From positions 17,329-81,328 of the IMG/VR virus record IMGVR_UViG_3300046532_004322: DNA of 64,000 nt. One strand, written 5' to 3'. Below the pieces are notes generated by a model. It saw only the letters and a program-made list of their open reading frames with translations, had not been told where the DNA came from and made no database searches. Below are positions 60,796 through 64,000 of the stretch, in pieces. Numbering within the stretch: position 1 is the stretch's first letter; each line of letters starts with the position of its first letter. A program made the translations under genes and the position numbers. This DNA comes from a virus.

Positions 60796-60868
60796 TAAGT
60801 CACTGATGCCCAAGAGTTTAGCGTGGGCGGCTGCCGCCAAAGGTAAACCTTTGGGGTGCAACGACTTA
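60796..60868. repeat. 73-bp element, copy D
   Basis: TAAGTCACTG ATGCC CAAGAGTTTA GCGTG GGCGGCTGCCGCC AAAGG TAAACCTTTG GGGTG CAACGACTTA. Confidence 0.95.
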
Positions 60869-61013
60869 CGAAACATGACTGATACTACCATAATAATGAA
60901 CAATCCTTTAATATAATAAGTCAACTTTATAATATAATATATACATTAACCTATTTACCTATTTTATTGTATTATTCTATTTGATAGAAAAGTATTATTT
61001 TGTTAAAATAAAT

Positions 61014-61042
61014 TTGCTATTTATCGAAAAGTGGCTTACTCT
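61014..61042 (+). promoter_or_regulatory. Cassette promoter P5 (leaderless)
   Basis: TTGCTA-17-TACTCT-6 nt-ATG. Confidence 0.65.
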
Positions 61043-61048
61043 ATATAT

Positions 61049-61351
61049 ATGAAAGAGAAAAACACCGATTCACAAAGCTTTTCAATATTCGATCTGATCG
61101 AAAAGGGTCTTCATACTAATGAAGTTGCATATGAAGGAGCAAAAGTTTTAATGGATTTGCATGTGCAGTTAAATGCAATTAAAAATGTAGTAAAAAGCAA
61201 GAAAGACAAAAAGGGAGTTTATGCCAACGATCTTTCTGATGACCCTAATTCTATCTTGTGCGTAACCATAATTGATTGGATGGAACAAGAATTGAAAAAA
61301 ATCGAAAAGCATTACAATAAAACGCTTAATGTAAACCATTACGAAAGATAA
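61049..61351 (+). CDS. Small cassette protein
   Basis: Start reassigned to MKEKN. Confidence 0.75.
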   Translation: MKEKNTDSQSFSIFDLIEKGLHTNEVAYEGAKVLMDLHVQLNAIKNVVKSKKDKKGVYANDLSDDPNSILCVTIIDWMEQELKKIEKHYNKTLNVNHYER

Positions 61352-61355
61352 GAAA

Positions 61356-61592
61356 ATGAAAATCCAAAAATCCGAAAAAGACGAAAACACTTTAATCATA
61401 GCGGACGAGATCCTCGTCCGCTTGTGCGATGAAACCAATAAAATTCTTTCGGTAGAATTTCCTAAGAATTACTTGGAAAATCTAGAGGATGAAATCAAAT
61501 GGATGGTAATTGAATATCTTGACGCAAGATCCGAATGCTTGGCTTTCGGTAACAATGTTTGGACTGAAGCGAATCCTAAATGGGAATTCTAG
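61356..61592 (+). CDS. Small acidic cassette protein
   Basis: ORF ending at terminator. Confidence 0.75.
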   Translation: MKIQKSEKDENTLIIADEILVRLCDETNKILSVEFPKNYLENLEDEIKWMVIEYLDARSECLAFGNNVWTEANPKWEF

Positions 61593-61598
61593 AAAGTT

Positions 61599-61630
61599 GC
61601 CCTATCCTCGCAAGGGGATAGGGCTTCTTT
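61599..61630 (+). terminator. Cassette terminator T5
   Basis: Identical hairpin to T2. Confidence 0.85.
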
Positions 61631-61722
61631 ATGCCCGAATCGGTCACAATAGAATTGTGCAATAGATTGACGGGATCGTGTTCGTGATCGTACAATAGGG
61701 TAGTGCGATCAGTCAACCGTCA

Positions 61723-61795
61723 TAAGTTGCTGATAGCCAAAGGTTTAGCGTGAGCGGCTGCCGCCGAGGGTAAACCCTTGGGGAGCAACGACTTA
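61723..61795. repeat. 73-bp element, copy E
   Basis: TAAGTTGCTG ATAGC CAAAGGTTTA GCGTG AGCGGCTGCCGCC GAGGG TAAACCCTTG GGGAG CAACGACTTA. Confidence 0.95.
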
Positions 61796-61884
61796 CGAAA
61801 CATGATCAATACCACAGGAAAATTGCATCTCGGACGCTAATGCCCCGCAAGCGGATCGTGCAATAAAATAGTTGAATATTTAGT

Positions 61885-61913
61885 TCGCTATTTGGAGGGA
61901 CTTGTCGTACCTT
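61885..61913 (+). promoter_or_regulatory. Cassette promoter P6 (leaderless)
   Basis: TCGCTA-17-TACCTT-6 nt-ATG; near-identical to P4. Confidence 0.7.
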
Positions 61914-61919
61914 GTACAT

Positions 61920-62258
61920 ATGAAATTAACTATAGAGTTTGACGAGGTTACCGAATCTGAATTTTCCGCAAATATAGAATTTGCAGACGGGAGATCGTTT
62001 TGGGTAGAAGGTGAAAACGACACCGATGAAATGGAAAATCTTTATGGCGATCAAGTAGAGTCGATTTCTACTTTGGCTAGATTCGACTCGCTTAGCGATG
62101 TAAAGCCCTATGATCAAGACGGGGAAAGTTGCAACTCAATTTCTCTTTCTGAAATTGAAACAATTAAAAAGGCTCTAGATTCAGGACTTCGGGATTATGA
62201 AATTTCAGCACAAAAGTACAAGGTTGACTATTCTCCTAGATACTACGATTTAATATGA
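61920..62258 (+). CDS. Highly acidic small cassette protein
   Basis: Start reassigned to MKLTI. Confidence 0.75.
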   Translation: MKLTIEFDEVTESEFSANIEFADGRSFWVEGENDTDEMENLYGDQVESISTLARFDSLSDVKPYDQDGESCNSISLSEIETIKKALDSGLRDYEISAQKYKVDYSPRYYDLI

Positions 62259-62377
62259 GGGTCAAAGTCAGAATCCCAATAAGTAAACAAGCTTGGAGCA
62301 AATCCATGCCACATAAGAGGAATAATAAAGTCCTTCCTCGCAAACAAAAACACAAGGAAAAAATATGTACATCCTAG
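62255..62377 (+). CDS. 40-aa basic peptide with RKQKHK motif
   Basis: ATGA overlap; MRVKVRIPISKQAWSKSMPHKRNNKVLPRKQKHKEKICTS. Confidence 0.5.
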   Translation: MRVKVRIPISKQAWSKSMPHKRNNKVLPRKQKHKEKICTS

Positions 62378-62514
62378 AATCAATCCCGTTTCTTAATAAA
62401 ACAGGTTGGATTGCCGAGAGCATTCCAATGTTCAAGAGAGAAGCCGAGGCTTTGCTAAAGTCAAGACGAGCTTTCGAGGATCGCAAGTTTCGCTATAAAC
62501 TCACAAAAGTATAA
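62365..62514 (+). CDS. 49-aa cassette protein
   Basis: AAGGA RBS; MYILESIPFLNKTGWIAES...RYKLTKV. Confidence 0.6.
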   Translation: MYILESIPFLNKTGWIAESIPMFKREAEALLKSRRAFEDRKFRYKLTKV

Positions 62515-62573
62515 TGGAAATTTTAACTATTCTCTTATTCTCAGCCTTAGTCTTTTATGTAAACCAATTGTGA
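62514..62573 (+). CDS. 19-aa hydrophobic micro-ORF MEILTILLFSALVFYVNQL
   Basis: TAATG overlap; last ORF before element F. Confidence 0.5.
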   Translation: MEILTILLFSALVFYVNQL

Positions 62574-62589
62574 AATAAGTCAACTTACA

Positions 62590-62662
62590 TAAGTTACTGA
62601 TAGCTAAGGGTTTAGCGCGGGCGGCAGCCGCCAAAGGTAAACCTTTGGTGGTTAAGGACTTA
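62590..62662. repeat. 73-bp element, copy F
   Basis: TAAGTTACTG ATAGC TAAGGGTTTA GCGCG GGCGGCAGCCGCC AAAGG TAAACCTTTG GTGGT TAAGGACTTA. Confidence 0.92.
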
Positions 62663-62968
62663 CAGAAGAGTAGCCTTCACAACCTTGGTGCATTGCCAAA
62701 CCCAATTGCCACCCTTGCCATTTAAGCCCTTGTAGTAACGCAAGCCCGCCTGCCAAGCATTCTTTCCGTACTGACGCACGACAAAGGAATGGTTCATAGT
62801 GCGGTTCTGTACAGTTAAGGCATATAGATTGCCAGTAGTATGAGCTTGCCAAAGCCTTTGCCTACCTCTCCATACAGGATCGAAAGGAATATTGCTCTTG
62901 CAATCAGCAGAGTCATGCAATCGCTTTTGTTGAGCAAACCAATCTAATTGTGCTTGTGTTAGGTTCAT
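62660..62968 (-). CDS. Small cassette protein (inverted cassette)
   Basis: Stop codon is the terminal TTA of element F. Confidence 0.75.
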   Translation of the reverse strand: MNLTQAQLDWFAQQKRLHDSADCKSNIPFDPVWRGRQRLWQAHTTGNLYALTVQNRTMNHSFVVRQYGKNAWQAGLRYYKGLNGKGGNWVWQCTKVVKATLL

Positions 62969-62972
62969 CGTC

Positions 62973-63179
62973 TTAGAATTTTAGTGATTTTAGTGAGGTG
63001 TTCTTTTTGAGCCATCTCCTTAATGGATGGAATGCTTTTGCGGAGAAATGTGCGAGATACTGCTCGCCATTCTTTGCGAGTATCATTTGACCACTCGCAG
63101 TCGCCCGAATCTCTGCAATTTCGGGACATTTTTTCAGCTGTTTTAATACTTTTCGAGTTCCGCTTTCTGAATGTTTCAT
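62973..63179 (-). CDS. Small basic protein, possibly HicA-like fold
   Basis: Helix-RATASGQMIL-beta-H-helix pattern; Q in place of the catalytic His; leaderless promoter upstream. Confidence 0.5.
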   Translation of the reverse strand: MKHSESGTRKVLKQLKKCPEIAEIRATASGQMILAKNGEQYLAHFSAKAFHPLRRWLKKNTSLKSLKF

Positions 63180-63185
63180 ACTTAT

Positions 63186-63214
63186 AAAGTACCACGCTAA
63201 ACAAGGGAACGCAA
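63186..63214 (-). promoter_or_regulatory. Cassette promoter P7 (minus strand, leaderless)
   Basis: TTGCGT-17-TACTTT (TG extension)-6 nt-ATG 63179. Confidence 0.75.
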
Positions 63215-63240
63215 GAAAAATCTTAGTGAAAATGCTTTCG

Positions 63241-63313
63241 TAAAGTGTTGATGACCAAGGCTTTAGCCTGGGCGGGTGCCGCCGAGTGTAAACCTTTGGG
63301 GAACAACGACTTA
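63241..63313. repeat. 73-bp element, copy G
   Basis: TAAAGTGTTG ATGAC CAAGGCTTTA GCCTG GGCGGGTGCCGCC GAGTG TAAACCTTTG GGGAA CAACGACTTA. Confidence 0.92.
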
Positions 63314-63411
63314 CGAGAAGTGACTAATACCACAGAATAGTTGCATCTCAGAGCTAATGTCCCGCAAGCGGATAAGTCAATAAAATAGTTGAATATTTGG
63401 AGTTATTTTAT

Positions 63412-63440
63412 TTGCTCTTTACCTGTTTTTGTTCTATATT
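63412..63440 (+). promoter_or_regulatory. Cassette promoter P8 (leaderless)
   Basis: TTGCTC-17-TATATT-6 nt-ATG. Confidence 0.65.
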
Positions 63441-63446
63441 CTATTT

Positions 63447-63857
63447 ATGAAAGTTAATTATTCCTTATCCCTTGAGAGTATTGAAGAAATGAATGGTGGT
63501 ATGTTCGATGCAAATTGTATTGTTACCATCTCCGCAAGCAATGATGACGCACCCGAATCAATTACGGACTTGATGATCTACGCAAGCGTGGATTTCCTTG
63601 CTGATTGTGACGAGGGAGGTTTTTCCCTTCGTGCTGATGTTCGAGGGTTTCAAGTTTACGATTCCAACGAAAAGGAAATTTGCCCTGCCGATCACTTCGA
63701 CTCAATCGAAGATCGAGACATTGAAAATTTTCTCGAAAGTGACGGAAATTGGAACATCAACGAGGCTTGGAATTGGATGGACGATAGACTCCAAGGAATA
63801 GCTGAAAGCTCAAAGCTCGAGTCTCAACTCTCAAATCTCGAAAGTCGCCAAAAATAA
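63447..63857 (+). CDS. Highly acidic cassette protein
   Basis: Start reassigned to MKVNY; stop TAA is the first triplet of element H. Confidence 0.75.
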   Translation: MKVNYSLSLESIEEMNGGMFDANCIVTISASNDDAPESITDLMIYASVDFLADCDEGGFSLRADVRGFQVYDSNEKEICPADHFDSIEDRDIENFLESDGNWNINEAWNWMDDRLQGIAESSKLESQLSNLESRQK

Positions 63858-63927
63858 AGTACTGATAGCCAAGGGTTTAGCCTAGGCGGCTGCCGCCGAG
63901 CGTAAACCTTTGGGGAACAACGACTTA
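63855..63927. repeat. 73-bp element, copy H
   Basis: TAAAGTACTG ATAGC CAAGGGTTTA GCCTA GGCGGCTGCCGCC GAGCG TAAACCTTTG GGGAA CAACGACTTA. Confidence 0.93.
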
Positions 63928-63953
63928 CGCAACGCTATTCTGCCATGATGCAC

Positions 63954-63979
63954 AAAAAAAGCCCGCCTCGTGGCGAGCT
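63954..63979 (-). terminator. Minus-strand intrinsic terminator (end of a probable further inverted cassette)
   Basis: Minus strand AGCTCGCC-ACGA-GGCGGGC followed by T7. Confidence 0.7.
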
Positions 63980-64000
63980 AATTCTTTTAAAAAATTATTT

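Noticed and set aside
58386-63927. 73-bp repeats as a CRISPR array
   Set aside because: Repeats are too long, the intervals are 0.4-0.9 kb gene-bearing units, and there are no cas genes
58386-63927. 73-bp repeats as tRNAs or canonical attC sites
   Set aside because: No cloverleaf, T-loop or CCA; no RYYYAAC/GTTRRRY ends; no IntI in the window
1-64000. Alternative genetic code
   Set aside because: Long genes are intact under code 11, and TAA, TGA and TAG all occur as stops

Overview
This window is a 64-kb AT-rich segment of a large tailed-phage genome, probably siphovirus-like. Left to right it holds: (i) 1-7 kb, a nucleotide-sugar/glycosylation cluster (NTP-transferase-kinase, HAD phosphatase, cupin, fcl, epimerase, gmd, glycosyltransferase); (ii) nrdA and a divergent DNA-metabolism/transcription block (dNMP kinase, sigma factor, SSB, possible annealing protein); (iii) 14.7-57.4 kb, a minus-strand morphogenesis region (tail proteins, 4177-aa tape measure protein, tail tube, neck, major capsid, protease/scaffold, portal, TerL, ERCC4 nuclease, second sigma factor, subtilase, PhoH); (iv) 57.5-64 kb, an array of small self-contained expression cassettes. 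Each cassette has a sigma70-type promoter (mostly leaderless), 1-4 small ORFs and often a shared GNRA-loop terminator. The cassettes are separated by 8 copies of a 73-bp element of constant length: two inverted TAA-N4-YTG-N5-YAA-N4-TTA dyads around a GGCGGC-W-GCCGCC palindrome. The element's core is flipped between two otherwise identical copies, one cassette is inverted, flanking blocks are re-assorted, and two stop codons coincide with the element's terminal TAA. This suggests an integron/shufflon-like cassette-shuffling system, although no recombinase is visible in the window. Other highlights are unannotated 16-21-aa hydrophobic micro-ORFs closing four cassettes, a tape measure protein punctuated by nine G[FY][VIL]P[NS]x motifs with nuclease-like inserts, and an A9 frameshift joining two ORFs. 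All product calls come from motif recognition by eye, with no database search.
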